Below, in pieces: positions 43,134-53,016 of a stretch of 64,000 nt of DNA. The notes beneath the pieces are model-generated. The model was given only the letters and a program-made list of their open reading frames with translations. It was not told the DNA's origin and did not search any database. The DNA is from a bacterium (GTDB lineage: Bacteria > J088 > JAWLBW01): assembly GCA_041690355.1 (NCBI GenBank), contig JAWLHK010000009.1:62001-126000 (forward strand). Reading direction: 5' to 3'. The translations under genes and the position numbers were made by a program. How positions within the stretch are numbered: position 1 is the first letter of the stretch; the number at the start of each line of letters is the position of its first letter.

Positions 43134-45752
43134 TCAGAAACCCATGTCCAGCTTCAGCAGGTCCACTTCGCTGGGGCGGCTTTCGGCCGCCGTGGCGTGG
43201 GTGGGTTCGGTGCCGTAGCGAAACGGCATGGAGACCGACTTTTCGGTCGAGGGACCCGCCAGCATCCCCGTCTTCGTGTCGATGTCCTTGTACACGACAT
43301 CGGCCGGGGGTTCCCAGTCGACCACCGGGAGCCCCTTGTGGGCAGCCAGCATGAAATCGTTCCAGATGGGGTTGGCCGCCAAGGATCCTGTTTCGTAGGG
43401 CCCCAGGTTGCGGTCGGGCTGGTCGTACCCGACCCAGACGCCGGCGGTGAGCTGCGGCGTGAACCCGATGAACCAGCTGTCGACGTTGTCGTTCGTCGTG
43501 CCGGTCTTGCCGCCGGCGGGCCGCCCGAGGGCCCGCGCGCGCCATCCGGTACCGCTCTGCACCACCCCCTTCAGCATGTGCACCATCGTGTGCGCCTGCA
43601 CGGGATCGAGCACTTCGCGCGCCCGGTAGTACTGCGCATTCTGGGCGTCGCGTTCGGCCCCGGTTACCTTACGCGCCGGGTCGAGCACCCAGTCGGGCAC
43701 CTGCTGTTCGATGACCCGGCCGTCGGGGGCCACAATGCGCCGTATGATGCGCGGGTCGCGCCGTATCCCCCCGGCATTGAACGTCTCATAGACGTTGACC
43801 ATCTCCATGAGCGACACGCCGTTGGAGCCGAGAGCGATACTCAAGTCGTTGTTGAGGGGACTCGTAATCCCCAGGTCGCCCGCCATCTGCAGAATCGCCT
43901 TGAGGCCGATGTCCTGCGCAATGCGGATGGTGGGCACGTTACGCGACTTGACGAGCGCCTCGCGCATCGTGATCGGACCGAGGAACTTTTCGTCGTAGTT
44001 CTTCGGCTTCCATAACGTGACCTCGGTGGTCCCCTCGGGCATTTCTTCGAAGACGTCGGGCGAGTCGACCACCATGGTCGCCGGGTTGTAGCCGAAGGTC
44101 ACGGCCGCCGCGTAGACGACCGGCTTGAACGAGCTGCCCGGCTGGCGCTGCGCCTGCACGGCCCGGTTGAACTGGCTCTTCTCGAAGGCGTAGCCCCCCA
44201 CCATGGCCCGGATTTCGGCGGTCTGGGCGTCGATGGCCACGAGCGCGCTTTCGGCTTCGACGGTGGGCACCAGCGTGGCCGCCCAGACGTCGGGCGTGAG
44301 CTTGAGCTTCTTCCACTCCTCGGCCCGTTTGCGATCCTCGACCGACCCCTTCGCGAGGGGGGCGGGGTCGAAGATTTCAACGAGAATCACATCCCCCTTC
44401 TTGAGCGCCTGTTTGACCGACCGCAGCGGATAATCCTCGGACTTGCGCTCGGGGTTGAACTTCGAGGCCCACGTCATCTCGAACAGCGGGAGCACCGCTT
44501 TCTGGTTCCCCACGGCCAGATCGGCCCGGCCGCTCGTGACGGCGGTCACCAGCGCCTCGACCGGTTTGTTCGGCATGCGAGGTGCATCAGCCTCGACCGG
44601 CGCAGTGACGGCGGGCCCGATGGTCTGAATGATGTCGCCAACCTCGGGTTCGCGCAGGGCCCGGTCGAGCTTCCGGATCGTCTCCGGCCACTCCTTCTCA
44701 GCCACGTTCCGCAGCGGTCCCCGATAACCGTGCCGCTTCTCCAGCGCCTGTACCCCGCGCTGCACAGCTTGCTGCGCGGCGAACTGTAGATCGATATCAA
44801 TGGAGGTTTCGACCCGGTAGCCCCCCTGCAGCACCCGCTCTTCACCGTACGTGTCGACCAGGTAGCGGCGCACGTGTTCGGCGATGTGGCCCGCCTTCGC
44901 GGCCGGGTTGCGCCAGTAGCGGATGGCCACGATCTCGCTGCGCGCGTCCGCCCCCTGCTCGGGGGTCAGAAAGCCGTTCTTCTCCATCTGGTCGAGCACG
45001 TACAGCTGCCGCGCGCGCGCCCGGTCGGGATGGTTGTAGGGCGAATAACTGCTCGGCGCCTGGGGCAGCCCGGCGAGCACGGCCGCCTCGGCCACCGTGA
45101 CATCGGAAATACTCTTGGCGAAATAGACCTGCGACGCGCTCTCGACCCCGTAGGCCCCCGCCCCGAAGTAAATCTGATTGAGGTACAGGTGAAGAATTTC
45201 GTCCTTCGTCATGACCTCTTCAATGCGAAAGGCGAGGGCCGCCTCGCGCACCTTGCGCCATATCGTGCGCTCGGGGGTCAGAAAGAAGGTCTTCGCCACC
45301 TGCTGGGTGATCGTGCTGGCCCCCTGCTTGACCTTGCCGCTGGTCACGTTCTTGACGGCGGCGCGCAGGATGGCCATGAAGTTGATGCCCGAGTGCTCGA
45401 AGAACGAAGCGTCTTCGGCGGCCAGAAAGGCCTGCACGACGTGCTGCGGAATGGCCGACGTGGGCACGAGAATGCGGCGCTGCTCCCCATACTCGGCGAT
45501 GACGCGCCCCTTCACGTCATAGAACACGGTCGGCAGCAGAGGCTGGTAGTCGGTGGCCCGATCGAGCTTCGGCAGCGTTGTGAGCACCATGCGGTAGCCC
45601 GCGTACATTCCCGCGAGCCCGAGCACGCAGACGACGACCACGGCGGCCGCCGCCAGCCGCAGCCAGCGGCGCCGTGCGGGATGCGTTTCTTCTGCGGAGG
45701 CGCGGAAAGTTTCACCTTCCGGGGCCGATTCGGGCGACCGTTCTTCTTCCAT
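43134..45752 (-). CDS. mrcA: Penicillin-binding protein 1A (bifunctional transglycosylase/transpeptidase)
   Basis: TM anchor; AEDASFFEHSG, GASTITQQ, RKVRE, KDEILHLYLN; OB-like insertion; GSSFKP (SxxK), SRN, KTGTT. Confidence 0.95.
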   Translation of the reverse strand: MEEERSPESAPEGETFRASAEETHPARRRWLRLAAAAVVVVCVLGLAGMYAGYRMVLTTLPKLDRATDYQPLLPTVFYDVKGRVIAEYGEQRRILVPTSAIPQHVVQAFLAAEDASFFEHSGINFMAILRAAVKNVTSGKVKQGASTITQQVAKTFFLTPERTIWRKVREAALAFRIEEVMTKDEILHLYLNQIYFGAGAYGVESASQVYFAKSISDVTVAEAAVLAGLPQAPSSYSPYNHPDRARARQLYVLDQMEKNGFLTPEQGADARSEIVAIRYWRNPAAKAGHIAEHVRRYLVDTYGEERVLQGGYRVETSIDIDLQFAAQQAVQRGVQALEKRHGYRGPLRNVAEKEWPETIRKLDRALREPEVGDIIQTIGPAVTAPVEADAPRMPNKPVEALVTAVTSGRADLAVGNQKAVLPLFEMTWASKFNPERKSEDYPLRSVKQALKKGDVILVEIFDPAPLAKGSVEDRKRAEEWKKLKLTPDVWAATLVPTVEAESALVAIDAQTAEIRAMVGGYAFEKSQFNRAVQAQRQPGSSFKPVVYAAAVTFGYNPATMVVDSPDVFEEMPEGTTEVTLWKPKNYDEKFLGPITMREALVKSRNVPTIRIAQDIGLKAILQMAGDLGITSPLNNDLSIALGSNGVSLMEMVNVYETFNAGGIRRDPRIIRRIVAPDGRVIEQQVPDWVLDPARKVTGAERDAQNAQYYRAREVLDPVQAHTMVHMLKGVVQSGTGWRARALGRPAGGKTGTTNDNVDSWFIGFTPQLTAGVWVGYDQPDRNLGPYETGSLAANPIWNDFMLAAHKGLPVVDWEPPADVVYKDIDTKTGMLAGPSTEKSVSMPFRYGTEPTHATAAESRPSEVDLLKLDMGF

Positions 45753-45787
45753 CAATCTAAGTACCTGACACTAATGGATAATCCACC

Positions 45788-45842
45788 ATTCTAACAAGCC
45801 GCCGGGTGTACATCAACGAGGGCGCGCACGGTTTGCTACACT
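45788..45842. promoter_or_regulatory. Divergent sigma70-type promoters for mrcA and the aminotransferase
   Basis: Minus strand TTGATG-17 nt-TAGAAT with extended TG (45788-45816); plus strand extended -10 TGcTACACT (45834-45842). Confidence 0.55.
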
Positions 45843-45863
45843 GTAGGTTTTCCCGGAGACCCC

Positions 45864-47006
45864 ATGCCGCAGCCCGACTGGTCAGCCTTTCGCGCGCAGT
45901 TCCCCGTCACTGAACGCTACTGCTACCTGAACAATGCCGGGGTCGCCCCGATGTCGCTCGCAGCCGCCACGGCCGTCCGGAGCTGGGCCGACGAGATGCT
46001 GCACCATGGGGCCGCGCGGTACTCGCAGCTGTACGCCGGCATCGTGCAGGCCCGCCGCACCTGTGCCCGCCTCGTCGGCGCCGCCCCGGAGGAGATCGCA
46101 TTCGTCGCCAACACCAGCGACGGCCTCTCGCTGGTCGCCAACGGACTCGAGTGGAAGCCGGGCGACCGCATCCTCGTTCCCGACCTCGAGTTTCCCGCCA
46201 ACGTCTATCCATGGCTGAGCCTGGCCGAGCGCAAAGGCGTGGTCGTCGAGCGCATCCCCTTCGTCGACGGGCGCTGCCCCCCCGAGCAGATCGAGGCCCG
46301 GCTCCCCGGCGCGCGCCTCCTGAGCTTGAGCGCCGTCTCGTTCGCCAACGGCTTCCGCTACGATCTCGCGGCCGTGGGAGACCTGTGCCGGAAACACGGC
46401 GTCCTCTTCTGCGTCGATGGAATTCAGGCCCTCGGCGCCATCCCGGTCGACGTGCGCCGCGCGAAGATCGACTTTCTCGCCGCCGACGGCCACAAGTGGA
46501 TGACCGGGCCCGAGGGGCTCGGCCTCTTCTACGTCGCCCGCGAACGCATGCCCGAACTCTACCCGAGCAAGATCGGTTGGAGCAACGTCGCCAACCCGCT
46601 CGAATTCTCGACCATCGACTTCCGTCTGCGCGACGACGCCGGTCGCTATGAGGAGGGGACGCCCAATGTCGGCGGCATCCTCGGGCTGGGCGCCGCCCTC
46701 GAGGCGCTTCTCGCCGTCGGCATCGAGACCATCCACGCGCGGATTCTGGCGCTCACCGACCGGCTGGTTTCCGAACTCCCGGCGCTCGGCTACCGCGTCC
46801 GATCGCCCCGCGCGGGCGCCGACCGATCGGGAATCGTCTCCTTTCTGGGTGATGCCGACGATGCCGCACGCATGGCCAAGGCAAGCGAAGCGGGCATCGT
46901 CATCGCCTACCGCGGCGGGGCCCTGCGCGCCTCGCCCCACGCCTTCAACGACGACGCCGACCTCGATCGGCTGCTCGCCTTTCTGCGCGACCACCGCCCG
47001 GTATGA
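45864..47006 (+). CDS. Aminotransferase class V-fold PLP enzyme (C-S lyase-like)
   Basis: YLNNAG, NTSDG, EFPAN, VDGIQALG, ADGHKW (PLP Lys), EEGT, LRASPH. Confidence 0.9.
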   Translation: MPQPDWSAFRAQFPVTERYCYLNNAGVAPMSLAAATAVRSWADEMLHHGAARYSQLYAGIVQARRTCARLVGAAPEEIAFVANTSDGLSLVANGLEWKPGDRILVPDLEFPANVYPWLSLAERKGVVVERIPFVDGRCPPEQIEARLPGARLLSLSAVSFANGFRYDLAAVGDLCRKHGVLFCVDGIQALGAIPVDVRRAKIDFLAADGHKWMTGPEGLGLFYVARERMPELYPSKIGWSNVANPLEFSTIDFRLRDDAGRYEEGTPNVGGILGLGAALEALLAVGIETIHARILALTDRLVSELPALGYRVRSPRAGADRSGIVSFLGDADDAARMAKASEAGIVIAYRGGALRASPHAFNDDADLDRLLAFLRDHRPV

Positions 47007-47494
47007 TCCGGAGGGCCTACATCGGTCTCGGGAGCAACGTCGGCGACCGCATGGCCATGCTGCGGGCCGCCCTTGCCGAGCTTCCGCGTCTGGGATCGCT
47101 CTGCGGCGTTTCCCGGGTTTACGAGACCGAGCCTGTCGGCTATGCGGAACAGGACAATTTTCTCAACGCCGTCGTCCGCCTCGATACGCCGCTGGAGCCC
47201 GAAGCGCTCTTGGCGGAACTGAAGACGGCCGAGGCGCGCCTGGGGCGCCTGCCCCGGTTCCTCAACGGACCGCGCGAGATCGACCTCGATCTCCTGCTTC
47301 TGGGGGATGTCGTCCGCGCCGCCGACCCGGTTCTGCCCCACCCGCGCATGGGCGAGCGCCGCTTCGTGCTCGAACCCCTGCGCGATCTTGCTCCGGAACT
47401 GAGGATTCCCGGTCGCGGATCCGTGCGCGAGCTGCTCGCCGCTCTCCCGCCGGGAGGCATCCGTGAGTGGCCGGATTCGCTTGACGCGAGCTGA
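47003..47494 (+). CDS. folK: 2-amino-4-hydroxy-6-hydroxymethyldihydropteridine diphosphokinase
   Basis: YIGLGSNVGDR, YETEP, FLNAV, GPREIDLDLL, LPHPRM.ERRFVL; ATGA overlap. Confidence 0.95.
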   Translation: MIRRAYIGLGSNVGDRMAMLRAALAELPRLGSLCGVSRVYETEPVGYAEQDNFLNAVVRLDTPLEPEALLAELKTAEARLGRLPRFLNGPREIDLDLLLLGDVVRAADPVLPHPRMGERRFVLEPLRDLAPELRIPGRGSVRELLAALPPGGIREWPDSLDAS

Positions 47495-47560
47495 GTGTTG
47501 GTTTAGCGTTATACTCTTACCCATCGTTCGTTTTTTTCCACCCACAGACTGCGACAGGCC

Positions 47561-48124
47561 ATGGCCGTTCTTTTCGATCAGGCAATCCGTATCATTACCG
47601 AGCAGGCAGAAGAGGTCGTTCAGATCTTCAATCGCGCGCTCTGGAACGATGCCTTCTCGGCCGCCCGCGAGTATGTCTTCGGATTCGCCCCGCTGGGCGA
47701 GAAGCCTCCATTCGAGATTCACGGCGAGTGCCGGTTCCGCTGGGACATTCAGCAGCTGGCCATGGCCATGGAGCCGCGCCCCACGGATGAAGAGGGCAAT
47801 CCGGTCGACGACAGTTTTCTCGACCTGGAGGTTTCCATCCAGCTCCCCCCGTTCAGCGCGCTCCCGGCCTTTCAGGAGATCCGGGCGCTGATCCAGAAGC
47901 TGCTGCCGCAGTACAACCCGCCCCTGTTCAACCTGAGCCAGGATTACAACATCGACGCCCCGGGCGAGACGGTCTACCACCTGAAGCTCGATTATCTGTG
48001 GACGTTCGAGGGCGAGGCGCGCATTCTCACGGCCCGCTACGCGGATATCTTCAACGACCTGGGGCTGCTCATCAAGGAGCTCAACCGGGCCCGCGGCGGA
48101 TGGGCGACCGCGCACTACACCTGA
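47561..48124 (+). CDS. Hypothetical protein
   Basis: 187-aa ORF with strong host codon bias; candidate promoter TTGACG-17 nt-TAGCGT (47481-47509). Confidence 0.8.
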   Translation: MAVLFDQAIRIITEQAEEVVQIFNRALWNDAFSAAREYVFGFAPLGEKPPFEIHGECRFRWDIQQLAMAMEPRPTDEEGNPVDDSFLDLEVSIQLPPFSALPAFQEIRALIQKLLPQYNPPLFNLSQDYNIDAPGETVYHLKLDYLWTFEGEARILTARYADIFNDLGLLIKELNRARGGWATAHYT

Positions 48125-48142
48125 GGCGGCACCGGCCGCCAA

Positions 48143-48240
48143 TCTTCGGTCTTCAGTCGGTCTGAAGTCCTCGGTCTTCGGTTTTTTCGTTTTTCGTCCC
48201 CCCCTCTCCCACTCCCCCGCTCCCCCACTCCACCCCCGCC
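48143..48240. repeat. Heptamer repeats plus T-rich/C-rich intergenic element, copy 2
   Basis: TCTTCGG-like units, GTTTTTTCGTTTTTCGT, then CCCCCCCTCTCCCACTCCCCCGCTCCCCCACTC; reverse complement resembles 17251-17312. Confidence 0.7.
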
Positions 48241-48335
48241 GCCCGAACACCATGAAAGGTGAGCTCACGCCCCTGAAGTGGTAGAATGTGCGACGCTTTG
48301 CGGACTCTTGCCGTAAGCAGGAACTGCCGTCGCCC

Positions 48336-48914
48336 ATGCACGACCCGTTGTCCCGAAGAGAACTGCTCCGCCGCGGCGTCTGGGGAACTCCCCTGCTCGC
48401 TGCCGCCACCGGCCTGGCCGCCTGCTCGGGCGGCTGCGCGGGCTACGCCGCCTATGTCCGCGACGAAGACGCGGCACGCCTGCAGTTCTTCACGCCCAAG
48501 CAGTTCGCCATCGCCACCGCGGCAGCCGACGTGCTGCTGCCCGGGCCCGCCGACGGATTTCCCGACCACCGCGAGCTGGGTATCGTGCGTCAGCTCGACG
48601 CCGAACTGTCCCAGTGGGAGCCCGTGCGCAGCGCCGATCTGCCGCTCCTGCTCAGCCTTCTCGAACATGGAACGCTGCTGTTCGGGCATTCCCTTTCGCG
48701 CATGAGCCGCCTCGACCTCGAAGACCGCCGTGTCTACCTCGCCGGCTGGGGCGACAGCGGCCTCAACGTGCGCCGCTCCGGGTTCATCGCCCTCAAGGGG
48801 CTGCTCGCCTTCTACTATTTCGCCCATCCCGCGACCTGGCCGGCCATCGGCTACGACGGTCCCTGGATGGACCGGTTCGAGATTCCGGCGGTCGACGTCG
48901 GCCTCCCAGCCTGA
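48336..48914 (+). CDS. Tat-exported gluconate 2-dehydrogenase subunit 3-like protein
   Basis: SRRELLR twin-arginine motif, LAAC lipobox, C-terminal FYYFAHPATWPAIGYDGP; abuts the GMC gene. Confidence 0.8.
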   Translation: MHDPLSRRELLRRGVWGTPLLAAATGLAACSGGCAGYAAYVRDEDAARLQFFTPKQFAIATAAADVLLPGPADGFPDHRELGIVRQLDAELSQWEPVRSADLPLLLSLLEHGTLLFGHSLSRMSRLDLEDRRVYLAGWGDSGLNVRRSGFIALKGLLAFYYFAHPATWPAIGYDGPWMDRFEIPAVDVGLPA

Positions 48915-48923
48915 GTGACATTC

Positions 48924-50513
48924 ATGCTCGTTGAAGGACGCAACCTCACCCGGGACCAGAACATCGAAAGCGACGTCGTCATCGTCGGCACGGGCGCCGG
49001 CGGGGCCACGGCGGCGCGCGAGCTCGTCGACGCCGGCTTCAAGGTCGTCCTGCTGGAATACGGCGCCTACGTGCGCGCCGAGGAATTCAATCAGCGCGAA
49101 GAGACCATGGCCGAGCGCATCCAGGGGGTGCGGGGCTGGCTTTCGTCCGAAGACAATTCCCTCTTCTTCACGTTCTGCACCGTGCTGGGCGGCACCACCG
49201 TCCACTACTGGGCCGACTGCGAAGAAATTCCCGACCACCGCCTCGCCCTCTGGCATGAGCGGCACGGGCTGCCCGCGCAGGATTTCGCGCAGTGGAAGCC
49301 ATACTACGAGCGGGTCGGCGCGTACATCCACGTCTCCGAAGTTCCCGAGCACCTGACGAACCGCAACAACCGGATCATCCGCGAGGCCGCGGGCCGCCTC
49401 GGCCTGCACGGCCATCAGGTGCTGCACGCCCGCAAGGACTGCGTGGGGAGCGGCTACTGCATGACCGGCTGCACCTACAACCGCAAACAGAGCCAGCTCG
49501 TCACGAACGTGCCCCACGTCCTGAAAAACGGGGGCGACATCTACACCCAGTGCGACGTCCGCCGGATACTGGTGGAGAACGGGAGGGCCGTGGGGGTCGA
49601 GGCACAGGTCATCGATCATCCCTCGCGCCGTCCGCTGGGTCCCAAGGTCCGCGTGCGCGCGCCGATCGTCATCCTCGCCGCCGGCGCCCTGAACACGCCG
49701 GTCGTTCTGCTGCGCACCGAGACGGCCAACTCCTCGGGGCTCGTCGGCACGAACCTGTACTGCAATCCCGGCGTGGCCTCTTACGGCGTCATGGACGACC
49801 CCGTCGAAATGTTCCGCGGCGTGCCCAACGCATTCACCGTCGATCACTATCTGAAGGCACGCTACCGTGACGAGGCGATGAACCGCTTCGGCTACGGCGA
49901 GGGTGAGAACGGGTACATCGAGGGCGGCTATATCATGCTCACGAGCTCGACCCACCCCGGCTACACTGGGGCGCTCTCGCCGGGCTTCGGCGCCGAACTC
50001 GGCAGCTTCATGCAGGATTACAACCGGCTGATTTCCCAGTATTCGGTACTCGACGACGAAAATCCCGGCCGCGTGCGCCTCGACGGCGACGGCAATGCCA
50101 TCTATACCTACTCGAGCCACGGCGTCGACCTGCTGAAGATCCGCGACTTCCTGCTCAAGAGCGCCCGGATCCTGCTCGAAGGCGGGGCCCGGGAGGTCAT
50201 CCTGCCCACGAACCGGACGATCCGGATCCGGAATGCGGGCGATATCGAGCGCCTCGCCGACTGGCGCATCCGCCCCAACGACATCGCCATGGCCGGCCCC
50301 CACCCGATGGGCACGGCCCGCATGGGTCCCGATCCCCGTACGAGCGTGGTCGCGCCCACCGGCGAGACGCACGACGTCAAAAATCTGTACATCTGCGACA
50401 GCAGCGTTTTTCCCACCAGCCTGGGGGTCGACCCGAGCTGGACCATCATGGCCCGCGCCGCCATGACCACCGATCACATCCGGTCCGTACACCGTCCCGG
50501 CGCGGGTGGCTGA
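48924..50513 (+). CDS. GMC family FAD oxidoreductase
   Basis: VGTGAGG, LGGTT, CVGSGYCMTGC, LAAGALNTP, HPMGTARMG, DSSVFPTSLGVDP. Confidence 0.92.
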   Translation: MLVEGRNLTRDQNIESDVVIVGTGAGGATAARELVDAGFKVVLLEYGAYVRAEEFNQREETMAERIQGVRGWLSSEDNSLFFTFCTVLGGTTVHYWADCEEIPDHRLALWHERHGLPAQDFAQWKPYYERVGAYIHVSEVPEHLTNRNNRIIREAAGRLGLHGHQVLHARKDCVGSGYCMTGCTYNRKQSQLVTNVPHVLKNGGDIYTQCDVRRILVENGRAVGVEAQVIDHPSRRPLGPKVRVRAPIVILAAGALNTPVVLLRTETANSSGLVGTNLYCNPGVASYGVMDDPVEMFRGVPNAFTVDHYLKARYRDEAMNRFGYGEGENGYIEGGYIMLTSSTHPGYTGALSPGFGAELGSFMQDYNRLISQYSVLDDENPGRVRLDGDGNAIYTYSSHGVDLLKIRDFLLKSARILLEGGAREVILPTNRTIRIRNAGDIERLADWRIRPNDIAMAGPHPMGTARMGPDPRTSVVAPTGETHDVKNLYICDSSVFPTSLGVDPSWTIMARAAMTTDHIRSVHRPGAGG

Positions 50514-50548
50514 CGGAGCGGGACGACGAGAGCGAACACGAGGTTTCC

Positions 50549-52243
50549 ATGGCACTCCTGGCCGATACCATTCAAGACATTCAGCGTCTTCGCGAAATCG
50601 TCGGCGTCCTGTCCCGCTACGGGTTCGGCGAATTCTTCGAACGCATCAATCTCGGCCGTCTCGTACCCGGGCGCGCCCCCGCCGCGCCGGCGACCCCCGA
50701 GGCCCGGGCCCAGCGTCTGGTCGACGCCTTTCAGGAGCTGGGCCCCACCTTCATCAAGTTCGGCCAGATCCTGAGCGCGCGCCCCGACGCCCTGCCGGCC
50801 GAATACGTGAAGGCTCTGCAGCATCTGCAGGACAAAGTCGAGCCGGTGTCCTTCGAGGAGGCCCGCAAGGTCATCGAAGACGAGTTCCAGCGTCCGCTCG
50901 CCGACATTTTCGACCGGATCGAGGAAAAACCGATCGCCTCGGCCTCGATCGGCCAGGTGCACCGGGCCTGGCTCAAAGACGGCCAGATGGTCGCCGTCAA
51001 GGTTCAGCGTCCCGGCATCGACGAAATGATCCGCGCCGACGTGAACATCATGTACACCGTCGCCCGCCTGACCGAGAGCGTCATCGACCTGGACGTCGGC
51101 TACACGCCCACCGAGATCGTCGGCGATTTCGATCGGGCCATCCGCATGGAGCTCGACTTCGTCAACGAGGCGAACAACCTGCGCAAATTCACGGCCAACT
51201 TCCGCGAGAAGCCGTACATCCGCTTCCCCCGACCCTTCGACGAGCTCAGCGGCCGCAAGGTGCTGACGATGGAGTTCGTGCAGGGGGTCAAGATCAGCGA
51301 AGCCTTCGGCTGGACGCAGGAACGCCGCAAGCTCGTCTGCGACCGCTTTCTCGAAGCCGGCATCCAGATGATCTTCCAGGACGGCTTCTTTCATGGCGAC
51401 CCGCATCCGGGCAACATCTTCGTCACCGAAGAGTGCGAGATCATCTATCTGGACTGCGGCCTGGCCGGGTCGCTCCCGCGCCACCTCTCCGACGCCCTGT
51501 TGCAGCTGGTCGTCGCCGCCGCGGTCAAGGACGCCGGCACGGCGGCGCGCATCGTCTACAAGATCGGCGTGGCCGAAGAACGCATCAACCTGAACGATCT
51601 CAAGAACGACATTCAGGCAATCCTCGACAACTTTCTCTCGCAGAACTGGGGCGACGTTTCGGCTGGCGAGCTCCTGGGCGATTTGATGGAGCGCGGCGCA
51701 AAGTACGGCATCAAGCACCCGACCGAACTGGCCAGCCTGAGCAAGGCGCTGCTGAACGTCGAAGGGGTCGTGCGCGGCCTGTATCCGGAACTCGATCTGC
51801 TGCAGGCGGCCAAGCCCTACGCGACCAAGCTGTTCAACGACAAGATGCAGATGGACCACCTCAAGCCCGAGCTCGCCAAGCGGGCCTACGAGGTGTTCGG
51901 GCTGCTGCAGGATCTGCCGATGCAGCTCACGCAGCTCATGCTCGATCTCGAGAAGGGGCGCGTGAACGTCGTCGTGCAGAGCGAGGATATCCGCGCGCTG
52001 CAGGCGGCCCTGCGATCGCTGGCCATCACCTTGTTCTTCGGCATGCTCACGGCCGCCTTCGTCATGGGCGGCTTTGCGGCGCTCGGCGGCGCAACCGTTG
52101 GACCGCCGGGAACCGTGGTCGCCATCGGCGCCTTCGCGCTCAGCCTTGTCACCGGCGGCTTCGCGCTGGCTTGGCACATCATCGCCATCCGGCTGCGGCG
52201 GCCCAAGCTGACCGATCTGATCTCGAAACGCTTCTCCCGCTGA
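50549..52243 (+). CDS. ABC1/AarF/UbiB family atypical kinase
   Basis: LGPTFIKFGQ (KxGQ), ASASIGQVH, VAVKVQRP, HGDPHPGN, YLDCG, two C-terminal TMs. Confidence 0.93.
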   Translation: MALLADTIQDIQRLREIVGVLSRYGFGEFFERINLGRLVPGRAPAAPATPEARAQRLVDAFQELGPTFIKFGQILSARPDALPAEYVKALQHLQDKVEPVSFEEARKVIEDEFQRPLADIFDRIEEKPIASASIGQVHRAWLKDGQMVAVKVQRPGIDEMIRADVNIMYTVARLTESVIDLDVGYTPTEIVGDFDRAIRMELDFVNEANNLRKFTANFREKPYIRFPRPFDELSGRKVLTMEFVQGVKISEAFGWTQERRKLVCDRFLEAGIQMIFQDGFFHGDPHPGNIFVTEECEIIYLDCGLAGSLPRHLSDALLQLVVAAAVKDAGTAARIVYKIGVAEERINLNDLKNDIQAILDNFLSQNWGDVSAGELLGDLMERGAKYGIKHPTELASLSKALLNVEGVVRGLYPELDLLQAAKPYATKLFNDKMQMDHLKPELAKRAYEVFGLLQDLPMQLTQLMLDLEKGRVNVVVQSEDIRALQAALRSLAITLFFGMLTAAFVMGGFAALGGATVGPPGTVVAIGAFALSLVTGGFALAWHIIAIRLRRPKLTDLISKRFSR

Positions 52244-52248
52244 TCGCC

Positions 52249-53007
52249 ATGCACGAAGTGCACCAGATTCGCGCCGGGTTCGACAACACGTTCTATCTGG
52301 CGGGCGACGCCGCGCGCCGTACGGGGGTGCTCATCGACCCTTTCGACGGCGATTCGGCCCTGCAGGCGCTCGAACGGCTGGGCTGGACTCCGACAGCCGT
52401 CATCAACACGCACGGGCACTGGGATCACGTCGGGGGGAACGATGCGGTGCGCGAACGCTACGGGGTTCCAATCTACGCCCATCCGCTCGAAGAGGTTCCG
52501 CACAGTTTGCCGCTGGAGCAGACGGTAACCCTGGCCGGAACGGACTATCAGGTGCTCCACACACCGGGTCACCGGCCGGGGCATGTCTTCCTGTACGGCG
52601 CGGGAAACGTCTTCGTAGGCGATACGCTCTTCATCGCCGGGAGCGGCAATCCGAACTTCGGCGGCGACGTTGACGCGCTTTACGAAACCTTCGTCCGCCT
52701 TGCCGCCCTGCCCGACGATACCCGGGTGCTGCCGGGACACGACTACGCGGCCAAGAACCTGCGTTTCTCGCTCGCTCGCGAACCCGAAAACGCGGCCGTC
52801 ATCGAAGCGGCTCGCGCGCGCTACGCGGCCGAACCCGAAGCGGCCCTGCATGCAACGACGATCGGCGATGAAAAACGCTGGAATGTCTTTTTGCGTCTGG
52901 CCGAACCGGCCGTTCGCAGCCGGCTCGTCTCCGAAGGGCACGTCGCTGCCGCGGACGACGAGCGCGCCGTGTTCCGCGCCTTGCGTGGCCTGCGCAACAC
53001 GTTCTGA
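52249..53007 (+). CDS. gloB: Hydroxyacylglutathione hydrolase-like MBL-fold hydrolase
   Basis: THGHWDHVGG, TPGH, GDTLF, PGHDY, TTIGDEKRWNVFLR, FRALRGLRN. Confidence 0.85.
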   Translation: MHEVHQIRAGFDNTFYLAGDAARRTGVLIDPFDGDSALQALERLGWTPTAVINTHGHWDHVGGNDAVRERYGVPIYAHPLEEVPHSLPLEQTVTLAGTDYQVLHTPGHRPGHVFLYGAGNVFVGDTLFIAGSGNPNFGGDVDALYETFVRLAALPDDTRVLPGHDYAAKNLRFSLAREPENAAVIEAARARYAAEPEAALHATTIGDEKRWNVFLRLAEPAVRSRLVSEGHVAAADDERAVFRALRGLRNTF

Positions 53008-53016
53008 GCGACGCGG

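Noticed and set aside
50506-53007. 833-aa ORF suggesting a large glyoxalase II fusion
   Set aside because: The N-terminal part is an Arg/Pro-rich alternative frame of the UbiB kinase; the real gene starts at ATG 52249.
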